A stretch of 64,000 nt of DNA, from the NCBI GenBank assembly GCA_965279375.1, contig OZ257156.1, forward strand, positions 1,216,001 to 1,280,000. The letters run 5' to 3'. This DNA is from Gemmatimonas sp. GTDB lineage: Bacteria > Gemmatimonadota > Gemmatimonadetes > Gemmatimonadales > Gemmatimonadaceae. The notes below the pieces were generated by a model. That model was not told the DNA's origin. It saw nothing but the letters and a program-made list of their open reading frames with translations, and did no database searches. Both the position numbers and the translations under genes were made by a program. Below are positions 9,764 through 20,171 of this stretch, piece by piece (the stretch's first letter is position 1; each line of letters begins with the position of its first letter).

Positions 9764-11404
9764 ATGACCTCACGACGCGATTTCCTCAAACAGGGCAGCG
9801 CCGCACTCGGCGCTTCGGCGCTCGCCGGCAGTGCCCTGAATGCCATGCCGGGCCTCCTCACCACGGCCCCCGCCCCCAACGACCGTGCGCTCACGGTGTT
9901 TGCGGACACCGCCGCGACCAAAGAGGTCATGAACGCCGCGCTCAATGCCGCGAAGATGGCCGGCGCGTCGTATGCCGATGTGCGCGTCAGCAGACAGCGC
10001 CAGAACTTCGTGCAGACGCGCGAACAGCAGATCACCAACATCGTCGATACGGACACGATCGGACTCGGTATCCGCACGTTGGTGGATGGCACGTGGGGCT
10101 TTGCCGCCACGCGCGTCCTCACGACTGACGGCGCCGCTGCCGCCGCGAAGGAATCGGTCGCGATCGCCAAGGCCTCGCGCATCGCGCGCGACAAGGCCGT
10201 GGAATGGCTGCCGTCGCCCGCCTTCACCGACGTGACCTGGAAGAGCGCCTACACGAAAGACCCGTGGGACGTGCCTATCGAAGAGAAAGCGGACCTGCTG
10301 CTCAAGGCCAACGCCGCCGCACTCAAGGCCAAGGGCGTCAAGTTCGTCTTCAGCGGTTTCTTCTTCGTGAAGGACGAACGCAACTACGCCAACTCCGACG
10401 GTTCCTTCATCACGCAGGACGTCATTCGCAGCTGGCCGCTGATGCAGATCACCGCCGTCTCCGCCGATTTCTCCGACTTCCAGAATCGCGGCAACGTGGT
10501 CCCGCCCACCGCACGCGGCTGGGAGTTCGTGCTCAGCTCCGACCTGGTGGGCAACGCACAGAAGTGGGGCGAAGAAGCCGCCGCGAAACTCACCGCCAAG
10601 CCGGTGGATGTGGGTCGCTACGATCTCGTGCTCGATCCGTCCAACCTCTGGCTCACGATTCACGAAAGCATCGCGCACCCCACCGAGCTCGATCGCGCGA
10701 TGGGCTACGAAGCCAACTACGCCGGCACCAGCTTCGTCGCGCCGCCGGAGAAGATGCTTGGGCAGCTCAAGTACGGACCGTCGCTCCTCAACATTCAAGG
10801 CGATCGCTCGCAGCCCGGTGGCTTGAGCACGATCGGTTGGGACGACGACGGCGTGAAGCCCGACGAGTTCCTCATCATCAAGAACGGCATGCTCAACGAC
10901 TACCAGACCACGCGCGAGCAGGCCCCATGGCTGCGCTGGTGGTACGAGAAGAACAATCGCCCCGTGCGCTCGCACGGTTGCTCGTACGCACAAGGCTGGG
11001 ACAACGTGCAGTTCCAGCGCATGCCTAACGTGTCACTGCTGCCTGGCGAAAAGGATCTCAAGATCGACGATCTCATCGCGGCCACCGATCGCGGCATTCT
11101 CATTCAGGGCGATGGCAGCTTCTCCATCGACCAGCAGCGATTCAACGCGCAGTTCGGCGGCCAGACCTTCCACGAGATCAAGGGCGGCAAGGTCGTCGGC
11201 GTATTGAAAGATGTCGCGTACCAGATCCGCACCCCCGACTTCTGGAACTCGCTCGACATGATCGGCGGCAAGAGCAGCTACTCACTCGGCGGCAGCTTCT
11301 TCGACGGCAAGGGACAGCCGCCGCAAGTCAACGCGGTCAGTCATGGCTCGCCACCAGCGCGCTTCCGCAACGTGAACATCATCAACACGGGGAGGAAGGC
11401 CTGA
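9764..11404 (+). CDS. tldD: TldD family metalloprotease with Tat signal
   Basis: SRRDFLK twin-arginine motif; HESIAH zinc motif; RMPNVSL; VSHGSP. Confidence 0.9.
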   Translation: MTSRRDFLKQGSAALGASALAGSALNAMPGLLTTAPAPNDRALTVFADTAATKEVMNAALNAAKMAGASYADVRVSRQRQNFVQTREQQITNIVDTDTIGLGIRTLVDGTWGFAATRVLTTDGAAAAAKESVAIAKASRIARDKAVEWLPSPAFTDVTWKSAYTKDPWDVPIEEKADLLLKANAAALKAKGVKFVFSGFFFVKDERNYANSDGSFITQDVIRSWPLMQITAVSADFSDFQNRGNVVPPTARGWEFVLSSDLVGNAQKWGEEAAAKLTAKPVDVGRYDLVLDPSNLWLTIHESIAHPTELDRAMGYEANYAGTSFVAPPEKMLGQLKYGPSLLNIQGDRSQPGGLSTIGWDDDGVKPDEFLIIKNGMLNDYQTTREQAPWLRWWYEKNNRPVRSHGCSYAQGWDNVQFQRMPNVSLLPGEKDLKIDDLIAATDRGILIQGDGSFSIDQQRFNAQFGGQTFHEIKGGKVVGVLKDVAYQIRTPDFWNSLDMIGGKSSYSLGGSFFDGKGQPPQVNAVSHGSPPARFRNVNIINTGRKA

Positions 11405-12855
11405 TGTCCAAGTCAACCAACTTCGAACGCAAGCGCGACGCGCTGTCGCGTCGTGTGCTGCTGTCCGATCCGGTCGAGTCGTTCCGTCGTGGCGTGCCGC
11501 TGCGTGAAGCGGCCAGCAGTGCGGTGCTGTCGCGTGAAGAGGCACAGGCAGTCGTCGAAAAAGCCGTGAAGCTTTCCAAGGCTGACGGCATCGACGTCTC
11601 GCTCAACACGTACTACAACGGCAACGTTCGCTTCGCCGCCAATCAGGTGAGCACGTCGGGTGCGACCACCGACGCGCAGCTCGCGATTCAAAGCAGCTTC
11701 GGCCCCAAGCACGCCGTCGTCACCACCAACGATCTCTCCGACGAAGCCATCCGTCGCTGCGTCGAGCAGAGCGAGCGCATGGCACGCCTCGCCCCCGACG
11801 ATCCGGAAGTGATGCCGCCGCTTGGCGCGCAGACGTACACGCCGGTGAAAGCGTTCTTCGATGCCACGGCCAACCTCACGCCGGAAGATCGCGCTCGCGC
11901 GGCCCTGGTCGCGTTGCAGCTCACGCGCAGCGCTGGCGATCTCAAGTCGGCCGGCTATCTCGTCACGGGCATGGGTGCCAGCGCGATTGGCAACAAGGCG
12001 GGCATGTTCGCGTATCGCCCAGCCACCAGCTCCAACTACACGCTGACTGTGCGCAGTGATGACGGTACGGGTTCTGGTTGGGCTGCCGCCGATCATCCCG
12101 ACTGGACGCAAGTCGATGCGCGTCGCGTCGCGCAGCAAGCGACGGATAAGGCGCGTCTCTCAAGAAATCCGGTCGCCATCGAGCCAGGCCGCTATACAGT
12201 CATCCTCGAGCCGCAGGCCGTGGGCGACTTGGTACAGCTCATCGGCAACTACGCCGACGCGCGTTCCACCGACGAAGGACGCAGCCCGTTCGTGAAGCAG
12301 GGCGGTGGCAACAAGATCGGCGAGAAGATTCTCGACGAACGCGTCACGCTCTTCTCCGATCCCACCGATCCGCAGCTCATCGGCCAGCCCTACGATGGCG
12401 AGGGCATGCCGATCAATCGCCAGGTGTGGATCGAGAACGGCGTGCTCAAGCAACTCTACTACTCGCGCTTCTGGGCCAAGAAGCAGAACAAGACGGCCAC
12501 CGGCGCGCCCACCACGTTCAAGATGGCGGGCGGCACGCAGAGCATCGACGATCTCGTCGCGGGCACCACACGCGGCATTCTCGTCACGCGATTGTGGTAT
12601 CTGCGCGAAGTCGATCCGCGCACGATTCTCTACACCGGCCTCACGCGCGACGGCACGTTCCTGATCGAGAACGGCAAGATCACCAAGTCGTTGCGCAACT
12701 TCCGCTTCAACGAGTCGCCGCTGTTCATGCTCAACAACCTCGAGGCACTCGGTCGCACCGAACGTCTCGCAGGCACGGAGCAGGGTGGCGATGTCGCCAT
12801 GCCGTCACTCAAGGCGCGCGACTTCAACTTCACGAGTTTGTCGGAAGCGGTGTAG
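11404..12855 (+). CDS. pmbA: TldE/PmbA family protein
   Basis: Overlaps the tldD stop (TGATG); EPGRYTVILEP, TGLTRDGTFLIENG; no HExxxH. Confidence 0.85.
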   Translation: MSKSTNFERKRDALSRRVLLSDPVESFRRGVPLREAASSAVLSREEAQAVVEKAVKLSKADGIDVSLNTYYNGNVRFAANQVSTSGATTDAQLAIQSSFGPKHAVVTTNDLSDEAIRRCVEQSERMARLAPDDPEVMPPLGAQTYTPVKAFFDATANLTPEDRARAALVALQLTRSAGDLKSAGYLVTGMGASAIGNKAGMFAYRPATSSNYTLTVRSDDGTGSGWAAADHPDWTQVDARRVAQQATDKARLSRNPVAIEPGRYTVILEPQAVGDLVQLIGNYADARSTDEGRSPFVKQGGGNKIGEKILDERVTLFSDPTDPQLIGQPYDGEGMPINRQVWIENGVLKQLYYSRFWAKKQNKTATGAPTTFKMAGGTQSIDDLVAGTTRGILVTRLWYLREVDPRTILYTGLTRDGTFLIENGKITKSLRNFRFNESPLFMLNNLEALGRTERLAGTEQGGDVAMPSLKARDFNFTSLSEAV

Positions 12856-12861
12856 TACGAA

Positions 12862-13092
12862 CTTTGTGGATCTGGGCGGATCACAGGGGATGAACTGCCT
12901 GGCCACGGATACAAACTGACAAGAACAGATCAACAGCACGCGGATACAACAAGAGCAAAAATTGTTTGAGTCCTGGGCATCCGCAGCACTGCTGTGGAAT
13001 GCTCAATTCAAATCCGCGAGCTGTTTCCGTGCGTTTCCGTTTCTATCCGTGGCCGAGCGGTTCATCCGCTGTTATCCCGCACCAATCCCAAA
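12862..13092. repeat. Long imperfect intergenic palindrome (REP/MITE-like) between convergent genes
   Basis: GGATGAACTGCCTGGCCACGGATA (12888-12911) pairs with TATCCGTGGCCGAGCGGTTCATCC (13044-13067); AACAGCACGCGGAT pairs with ATCCGCGAGCTGTT; central hairpin. Confidence 0.7.
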
Positions 13093-14445
13093 CTACTTGC
13101 TGCTTTTCTGCTCCTTCTTGGCCTCGGCCTCCACAGCCTCCATCACGCGCAGCAGGTTGCCGCCCCAGATCTTGGCGATGTCGCTCTCGCTGTAGCCGCG
13201 CTTCACCAACTCGGTCGTGACGGCCAACGCCTGCGTCGCATCACGGAATCCATCCACGCCGCCACCGCCGTCGAAGTCGGAGCTGATGCCGACATGATCG
13301 ATGCCCATCTTCTTCACGGCGTAGTCGATGTGGTTCACGAAGTCCGCCACGTTCGCCGGTGGATCTGACGGATAGCGCCGTGCCGTGATGTCTTCCTGCT
13401 TGGCGAGGTACTCGTTGCGCTTCGCGTCCGGCAGCGCCTGAATCGCCTGCTGCATCTCCTGACGCCCAGTGGCCGTGATGCCGTATTCCTTGCGCAGCGC
13501 TTCCATCGCCGCCGCTCGTGCCTGCTCACGCGGCACATCACGCGTGGGATCGCACTTCACGTAGCTGTTGAACGCCACCACCTGCATCACGCCACCGTTC
13601 TTCTTGAGCGCGGCCATCTGCTCGTCGTCCAAGTTGCGACTGTGATTGCAGATCGCGCGCACCGCCGAGTGCGACGCAATGATCGGCGCCTTGCTCAACG
13701 CCACCGTCTGCATCATCGATTCCTTCGACGGATGCGAGATGTCGACCATCATCCCCAATCGATTCATCTCGGCGATCACCTGCTTGCCCAACGGGCTCAG
13801 GCCATGATGCAGCCACACACCATCGCGCTCACCCGTGTTCGAGTCGGAGAGCTGGCTGTGTCCATTGTGCGCGAGTGACATGTAGCGGCCACCGCGATCG
13901 TAGAATTTCTTGACGTTCGTGATGTCGGCGCCGATGGGGAAACCGTTCTCCACGCCGATGAAGATCACGCGCTTGCCGACTTTGTGAATGCGACGCGCGT
14001 CAGCGGCGGTGTACGCAATCTCCGAACGCGTCGGCGCGAGCTGTTCCGTGAGACGATGCACCGCGTCGAACTTCTCGAGTGCCTGCGCATTCGCACTCGC
14101 GAAGCCAGCAGAATCGAGTTTCGTCGACTGCCCCACGTACACGATGAGGAACGCGCCGCCCAAGCCACCCTCCTCCATCTTCACCAGATCCACCTGCGTA
14201 CGCGGCAGCTTCTGCGTGTAGTTGGGACCCGACGCGTTGAAGTTGGCGGGGCTGATGTCCACGTGCGTGTCGATCGACAGCACCTTCGCGTGAATGGCAC
14301 GCGCCTTGGCCAGCAGCGCATCGTCTTCGGCAGACTGTGCGCGCAGCGGCGACGCCAACACCGTCAGGGCGAACGCCGAGAGCACTGCGGCGGACGTGAA
14401 TACACGGGGCGGAAACAGCTGCGGAACACGCGGAGCAAATCGCAT
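13093..14445 (-). CDS. Membrane/renal dipeptidase family (M19), secreted
   Basis: IDTHVD, GVENG, DISH, IASHS, RNLDDEQ, SSDFDGGG; signal peptide. Confidence 0.92.
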   Translation of the reverse strand: MRFAPRVPQLFPPRVFTSAAVLSAFALTVLASPLRAQSAEDDALLAKARAIHAKVLSIDTHVDISPANFNASGPNYTQKLPRTQVDLVKMEEGGLGGAFLIVYVGQSTKLDSAGFASANAQALEKFDAVHRLTEQLAPTRSEIAYTAADARRIHKVGKRVIFIGVENGFPIGADITNVKKFYDRGGRYMSLAHNGHSQLSDSNTGERDGVWLHHGLSPLGKQVIAEMNRLGMMVDISHPSKESMMQTVALSKAPIIASHSAVRAICNHSRNLDDEQMAALKKNGGVMQVVAFNSYVKCDPTRDVPREQARAAAMEALRKEYGITATGRQEMQQAIQALPDAKRNEYLAKQEDITARRYPSDPPANVADFVNHIDYAVKKMGIDHVGISSDFDGGGGVDGFRDATQALAVTTELVKRGYSESDIAKIWGGNLLRVMEAVEAEAKKEQKSSK

Positions 14446-14622
14446 GGGAGTATCGGGCTTGAGAGACGAGGAGTGATCACGCGGTCGCGCCACAATTCGA
14501 TCCACATATCGTGCGGAACACGCCTCGGCGCAACCGAAGGCGGCGGTTACGCAGACGGCTCGACCTGCTAGCGATACGATCTGCTGACCCATCCCGCTGA
14601 ATGCGTCAGCGCGGTGCGTGGC

Positions 14623-15564
14623 TCAGTGCCCGCCCAGCTCCCGCTGTGCCAGCGCCGCCGGCGCCCGCGATCTTCCGCTCGCTCCAGCGAGTACCAGCAG
14701 CGTCAGCAGATACGGCACTGCCAGAAACAGCTGATAGGGGACGTTCTGCCACCCCATCGCCTGAAAGAGCGACTGCAGCGAGTTGGCCCCGCCAAAGAGC
14801 AGCGCCGCCGCCGCCACACCCAGCGGCTTCCAGCGCCCCAGCACCACGATCGCAATCGCAATGAAGCCGCGCCCCGCCGACATCTGCTCCACGAACGTGC
14901 CAGCCTGCGCCAGCACCAGCGTCGCGCCAGCCAGCCCCGCCATCGCACCAGCAAACAACACCGCCCACCACTGCACCCACCGCGGGCGCACCCCGGCCGC
15001 AATCGCCGCACTCGGCTGCTCTCCCACCGCGCGCAGCGCCAGACCGGCCTGCGTGCGCACCAGCCACCACGCGCACAGCGGCACCAGCAGGTACAGCAGA
15101 TAGGTCACCAGCGGCTGCGCGAAGAGCGCATGCCCCACCAGCGGAATCGACGACAGCCCGGGGATCGCCACGTTGCCGACGGTCGGCGTCGAGAGCGCGA
15201 CACCATTCGCGCCATACACGGTGCGGTAGAGCGTCCCCGTCATCCCGAACGCCAGGAGAGTGATCGCCGTCCCGGTGATGATCTGGTCGGCGCGCATCCA
15301 GACGGTGAAGACCGCGAAAAGCGCCGCCACCACGATTCCCGCCACCGCGCCCGCAACGAATCCGGCGCCCGCGCCCGCGGCGCCGGCCGCGACCGTGGCC
15401 CCCAACGCGCCGGCGATGATCGCCCCTTCCAGCCCGATGTTGATCACACCCGCCCGCTCACTCACGCACTCGCCAAGCGCCGCCAATGCCAGCGGCGTCG
15501 CCGTGCGCACGCTCGCCTCCAGAAAACTGGCCGCGCTCTCGAGTCCGCCAACATCCTGACTCAT
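14623..15564 (-). CDS. Nucleoside/sugar ABC transporter permease
   Basis: ERAGVINIGLEG, GRGFIAIAIVVLGRWKP; start at MSQDVGG. Confidence 0.9.
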   Translation of the reverse strand: MSQDVGGLESAASFLEASVRTATPLALAALGECVSERAGVINIGLEGAIIAGALGATVAAGAAGAGAGFVAGAVAGIVVAALFAVFTVWMRADQIITGTAITLLAFGMTGTLYRTVYGANGVALSTPTVGNVAIPGLSSIPLVGHALFAQPLVTYLLYLLVPLCAWWLVRTQAGLALRAVGEQPSAAIAAGVRPRWVQWWAVLFAGAMAGLAGATLVLAQAGTFVEQMSAGRGFIAIAIVVLGRWKPLGVAAAALLFGGANSLQSLFQAMGWQNVPYQLFLAVPYLLTLLVLAGASGRSRAPAALAQRELGGH

Positions 15565-16604
15565 GTGCCGGCCTCCGCGCGACTCACACTTCGCGACTGC
15601 CATCGCTCTGCCGCCACCACCAACAGGATCAGCGTCGCCTCCACCACCGACACTACCACGTTGGGAACGCCGGCATCGCGCTGCATCGCATTCGCGCCCG
15701 CCTCGAGCGCGCCAAACAACAACGCCGTCACCAGCACGCCCAACGGATGTAGCCGAGCCAGCAGCGCCACGGCGATCGCGGTGAAGCCGTAGCCCGGCGA
15801 GAAGTTGTCGTAGAGCGCGTACGTCACCCCCGACAGCTCCACCGCACCAGCCAATCCGGCGAGCGTCCCACTCAACACGAAGGCGCCAAACAACGTGCGT
15901 GCCACGCGGATCTGACCGCTGCTCGCCGCCGCCGCCTGGTTCGCGCCGACCGCACGCAGCCGAAAGCCACCCGCTGCGTCGCGCAGCCACCACCAGAGCG
16001 CGACGGCCAACGCGATCGCCAACAGCACACCCACATGCAACCGCGTCCCGCTCAGCAGCACGGGCAGGTGCAGCGCGTCGGGCAACGACGCCGACTGCGG
16101 ATTGATCCGCGTCGGCTCCTGCAATGGCCCACGCACCAACCATCCCACCAGGTACTGCGCCAAGAAGTTGAGCATGATCGTGCTGATCACCTCCAGCACG
16201 CCAAAGCGCTGGCGCAACACCGCCGCCACCGCCGCCCACGCACCACCGGCCATCGCGCCCGTCACCAGCATCAGCACAATCACCAGCGGCGCTGGCAATC
16301 CGCCCACTGCCGCCGCCGTCGCTGTCGCCACCGCCGCACCCATCAACAGCTGCCCTTCCGCGCCGATGTTTAGAATGCCGGCACGAAACGCCATCGCCAC
16401 CGCCAATCCCGCCAGCGCCAACGGCACCGCGCGCACCAACGTCGCCGAGGTGATCGCGTACCAGCTCCCGAACGCGCCATTCGCCAGCGCCGACAGCGCA
16501 CGACCCGCATCGTGGCCCGTGAGCAGCAGCAGCACGACCAGCAACGTCAATGCGATCGCCGCCATCGCGATGGTGCGCATCGTCAACGCGAGCGCGTTTT
16601 TCAT
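15561..16604 (-). CDS. Nucleoside/sugar ABC transporter permease
   Basis: NIGAEGQ, EVISTIMLN, GYGFTAIAVALL. Confidence 0.9.
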   Translation of the reverse strand: MKNALALTMRTIAMAAIALTLLVVLLLLTGHDAGRALSALANGAFGSWYAITSATLVRAVPLALAGLAVAMAFRAGILNIGAEGQLLMGAAVATATAAAVGGLPAPLVIVLMLVTGAMAGGAWAAVAAVLRQRFGVLEVISTIMLNFLAQYLVGWLVRGPLQEPTRINPQSASLPDALHLPVLLSGTRLHVGVLLAIALAVALWWWLRDAAGGFRLRAVGANQAAAASSGQIRVARTLFGAFVLSGTLAGLAGAVELSGVTYALYDNFSPGYGFTAIAVALLARLHPLGVLVTALLFGALEAGANAMQRDAGVPNVVVSVVEATLILLVVAAERWQSRSVSRAEAGT

Positions 16605-16659
16605 GCGCGCCCCACGAGAATTCCGCGAATATCACATGCGCGCACTGCACGACCACGCA

Positions 16660-18231
16660 TCACGAGCTCGCCGAACCCAACATCGCCCGACCGACTGCCT
16701 CTCGATCGCGCGCCGTCTCGACCAACGTGCCGGCGTGCATCGCGTACACCCGATCGCACAACTGCAGCACTTCATCCAGGTCGCTCGAGTAGAGCACCAC
16801 CGCCGCGCCACCATCGCGTGCGCCGCGCAACGCCGCATGCACCGCCGCCGTGGCCAGAAAATCGAGTCCGCGCGATGGGTTCTCCACCACCAGCGCACTC
16901 GGCGCACTCTCGAGCTCACGCCCCAGCACGAACTTCTGCTGATTGCCCCCAGACATCGTGCGCGCCGCCGCATCGATCACACCAGGCCGCACGTCATACC
17001 GTTGTACGATCGCCTTGGCCGTCTCACGCAGCGCATCCCACGGCATGCGCCCACTGCGCGCACCCGCGCCACGCAACGCGACATTCTCCGTGAGCGACCC
17101 CTCCAGCAGCAACGCTTCGCCGTGCCGATCCTCCGGCACAAAGCCCACCACCTCGGGGCGCGTCAACGCACCACTGCTCGGTTCCGCTCGGCCGGCAAGC
17201 ACGCGCAACAACGCGTGGTGGCCGGCGCCTTCCACCGCCGCAATCCCCACGATCTCGCCCGCGCGCACCGTGAGATTGGCGCCGCGTACCTGCTCGACAC
17301 CACGCGCATCCACCACGCGCACATCCCGCGCAGCAAACACCGCAGGTCGATTGTCTGCGAACGATGGCCGCACTGTACCCGCGTCGCCGTGTTGGTAAGC
17401 GTGTTGGTCAGCGTGCACTCGCGCACTCGCAGCAGCCGTCGCACCAGGCGCGGTATCGCCGCTGTGGCTCGCCGACAGAGCCGTCGGCGGCTCGACACCC
17501 GCTCGCTCCACGCCAAGCATCGCGGTCGCGAGCCCCGCCTCATTCGTCTCCGCCGTGCGCGACGTCAACACGGTCCGCCCACGGCGCAGTACGGTCACGT
17601 CATCCGCGATCGCCAGCGCGTCGCGCAGCTTGTGCGTGATCAACACCACCGCATGCCCAGCATCGGCGTGCGCGCGAATCCAGCGCAGCAGCTCCGCCGC
17701 TTCTGTCGGCGCCAGCACTGCCGTCGGTTCATCGAGAATGAGCAGCTGCACGTCGCGCGACAGCGCCTTCACGATCTCGCACCGCTGCTGCGCACCCACA
17801 GGCAGATCACCCACCAACGCATCGGGATCGAGCGACAGCCCGGCGCGTGCGGCCACATCACGCACTCGCGCCGCTGCCGCCGTCGGATCAAATCGACCAC
17901 GCCCGCCCAGTGCGACGTTCTCGGCCACGGTCATCGCCGGCACGAGCGTGAAATGCTGATGCACCATGCCGATTCCCAACGACAACGCGGCCGCCGGTGA
18001 CGCGATCGTGCGCATCTCACCGCGATAGCGAATTGTGCCGGCATCTGGCGCCAACATGCCGAACGCCACGCGCATCAGCGTCGTCTTCCCCGCGCCATTC
18101 TCGCCAAGCACGGCGTGCACCGTCCCCGCGCGCACGCGCAACGAGGCGTCGTCCAGCGCGAGCACCGTCCCGAACCGTCGTGTGATCCCCTCGAGCGAAA
18201 GCACATCGGCTTTCGCTGACGTTGCTGTCAC
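16660..18231 (-). CDS. ABC transporter ATP-binding protein (double domain, CUT2 type)
   Basis: GENGAGKT, LILDEPT, SGGNQQK. Confidence 0.93.
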   Translation of the reverse strand: MTATSAKADVLSLEGITRRFGTVLALDDASLRVRAGTVHAVLGENGAGKTTLMRVAFGMLAPDAGTIRYRGEMRTIASPAAALSLGIGMVHQHFTLVPAMTVAENVALGGRGRFDPTAAAARVRDVAARAGLSLDPDALVGDLPVGAQQRCEIVKALSRDVQLLILDEPTAVLAPTEAAELLRWIRAHADAGHAVVLITHKLRDALAIADDVTVLRRGRTVLTSRTAETNEAGLATAMLGVERAGVEPPTALSASHSGDTAPGATAAASARVHADQHAYQHGDAGTVRPSFADNRPAVFAARDVRVVDARGVEQVRGANLTVRAGEIVGIAAVEGAGHHALLRVLAGRAEPSSGALTRPEVVGFVPEDRHGEALLLEGSLTENVALRGAGARSGRMPWDALRETAKAIVQRYDVRPGVIDAAARTMSGGNQQKFVLGRELESAPSALVVENPSRGLDFLATAAVHAALRGARDGGAAVVLYSSDLDEVLQLCDRVYAMHAGTLVETARDREAVGRAMLGSASS

Positions 18232-19040
18232 GAGCCGGTAGGGAGATGCAGGAACGACCAGGGCACTCCAAAGCGCTGCTCGATGAACGCGCCGAGTGAT
18301 TGCACGCCGAGCGTTTCGGTCGCGTAGTGGCCGGCGTAGATGACGCAGAGATCGTGCTCGATCGCGTCGACCGTCGTGTGGTGCGGCCCCTCGCCCACGA
18401 TCAGCGTGTCCACGCCGCGCTCGCGCGCCTCGCGCAGCGATTCGGTGGACGCACCGCCGCCGCTGCAGATCGCCCAGCGCTTGGTCGTGCGACCGGTCGT
18501 GGGCACGCTCGTGCGCACGCTGCCGCCATAACGCGCCGCGTACGCCTGCACGTGCAGCGCGAGTGCGTCGGTTGCGATATCCGCGTCACCCATCACGCCG
18601 ATGTCCACGCCCTTGAACTGCGAGAAGCCAGCAGTCGGCACGAGTCCGAGCGTTTGCGCGAGTCGCACGTTGTTGCCGTGCACGGGATGCAAATCGAGCG
18701 GCAGGTGCGAGGCATACACCGCGATGCCGTTGGTGATCAACGAGCGGTACTTCTCGTAGACCACGCCCACGAGCGGCTGAGCGCCGCCCCAGAACAGCCC
18801 ATGATGCACGATGAGCAGATCCGCGCCACCAATCGCCGCTTCGGCGATCGCGGCACGCGACGCATCGACCGCCACGGCGACGCGACGCACATGCCCAATG
18901 TTCGCCACCTGCAGTCCGTTCATTGCGCCCGGATAGTCAGGTACCTGCGACGTGCGCAACTCGACGTCAAGTGCGGCGACGATGTCGTGCAGTGCGGCAG
19001 ATGGGGACATGGTGTCCATCGCGTCAGTGCGAGTGTGCAA
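18228..19040 (-). CDS. Nif3-like dinuclear metal centre protein (start uncertain, 19010-19040)
   Basis: NGLQV, HHGLFWG, SHLPLD.H, GHYATE. Confidence 0.9.
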   Translation of the reverse strand: MHTRTDAMDTMSPSAALHDIVAALDVELRTSQVPDYPGAMNGLQVANIGHVRRVAVAVDASRAAIAEAAIGGADLLIVHHGLFWGGAQPLVGVVYEKYRSLITNGIAVYASHLPLDLHPVHGNNVRLAQTLGLVPTAGFSQFKGVDIGVMGDADIATDALALHVQAYAARYGGSVRTSVPTTGRTTKRWAICSGGGASTESLREARERGVDTLIVGEGPHHTTVDAIEHDLCVIYAGHYATETLGVQSLGAFIEQRFGVPWSFLHLPTGS

Positions 19041-19045
19041 GTGAC

Positions 19046-20104
19046 TCAGGGCTTCGCGGCCGCCGGAGGCGTGAGCGGCTTCGCCGCATCGGCACCCTGC
19101 AGCATGTCGTCGAGCGCGTGGAACGTCCCCGCGCGCAGGAGTGCACCAACCGAATCGCTCGCCGCGATCGCCGTGGCCGGAACGCGCGCAACCATCGCGG
19201 CATCCGGATTGAGCACCAGCCGCACCACATCGTCCTTCACGCCAAGGCTGATCACGCGCCCCTGAAATCCGCCCGCCTTCACCTCACGCCCGACGATCAT
19301 GAACGCCTTGCGCAGATCGATCACGACGGAGCCCACGATGACATCTGGTGCGACGCTGTTCTGATCGGCGTTGGTGCCAAAGGCCAGCACCTTCTTTTCG
19401 CGCGCCGCCTGAAAGACACCCAGTCCCGCCGCATCCGCGTTCTGAAAAAGCACGTCGGCTCCGCGCGATATCTGTGCGAGCGCCTGCTCCTTCCCCGCGC
19501 TGACGTCATCCCAGTTGCCGATGAACGAGGTCAGCACCTGCACCTTGGGATTGACCGACTTCGCTCCGCGCTCGAACGCCGCAAAGCTGGCCTTCACTGG
19601 TGGCAGCTCCGTACCAGCGATCAGCCCCAACGTGTTCGACTTGGTCATCGCCCCAGCGATCATCCCGGCCTGATACGACGCCTCCTCAAAAAGGAAGCTG
19701 ATCCCCGCGACATTCGGCGCAGTCACTCGGCCTGACGTCACGATGTACGTGGTCTTCGGAAACGACGGCGCAATGCGCGTGGCGGCGTCCTGGAATTCGA
19801 AGCCATGTCCCACGACCATGTCGTAGCCCTGGGTGCCGTACTGTCGGAAGTTCTCGTCGAACTCCGCCGGCGTCTTGGTCTGGATGTGCGAGATCTCCGC
19901 GCCGAGCGAATCCCGTAGCGCCACCAGCCCATCGTAGGCGCCGCCATTCCACGACTTGTCGGTGATCGGCCCGGGCGTCAGCAGGGCGACGCGAAATTTC
20001 TTCGCGCCGGCGCTGTCCGCGGTGGCCGCGCTCTCACCCTTCCCGCAAGCCACGGCCGCCAGCAACGAGGCCATAGCGACACCCTTCACGATAGTATGAC
20101 GCAT
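19046..20104 (-). CDS. BMP family ABC substrate-binding lipoprotein
   Basis: AVAC lipobox, DKSWN, HGFEF; start at MRHTIV. Confidence 0.9.
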   Translation of the reverse strand: MRHTIVKGVAMASLLAAVACGKGESAATADSAGAKKFRVALLTPGPITDKSWNGGAYDGLVALRDSLGAEISHIQTKTPAEFDENFRQYGTQGYDMVVGHGFEFQDAATRIAPSFPKTTYIVTSGRVTAPNVAGISFLFEEASYQAGMIAGAMTKSNTLGLIAGTELPPVKASFAAFERGAKSVNPKVQVLTSFIGNWDDVSAGKEQALAQISRGADVLFQNADAAGLGVFQAAREKKVLAFGTNADQNSVAPDVIVGSVVIDLRKAFMIVGREVKAGGFQGRVISLGVKDDVVRLVLNPDAAMVARVPATAIAASDSVGALLRAGTFHALDDMLQGADAAKPLTPPAAAKP

Positions 20105-20171
20105 AGTGGTGCTATACTGGCTCATAAGTGGCTTGTGTATGAGTCGAAGATTGTCAGTTACGATCGCTTCG

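Noticed and set aside
17390..17415. 12-bp tandem repeat in the ABC ATPase
   Set aside because: In-frame low-complexity linker (HADQHAYQH), only two copies
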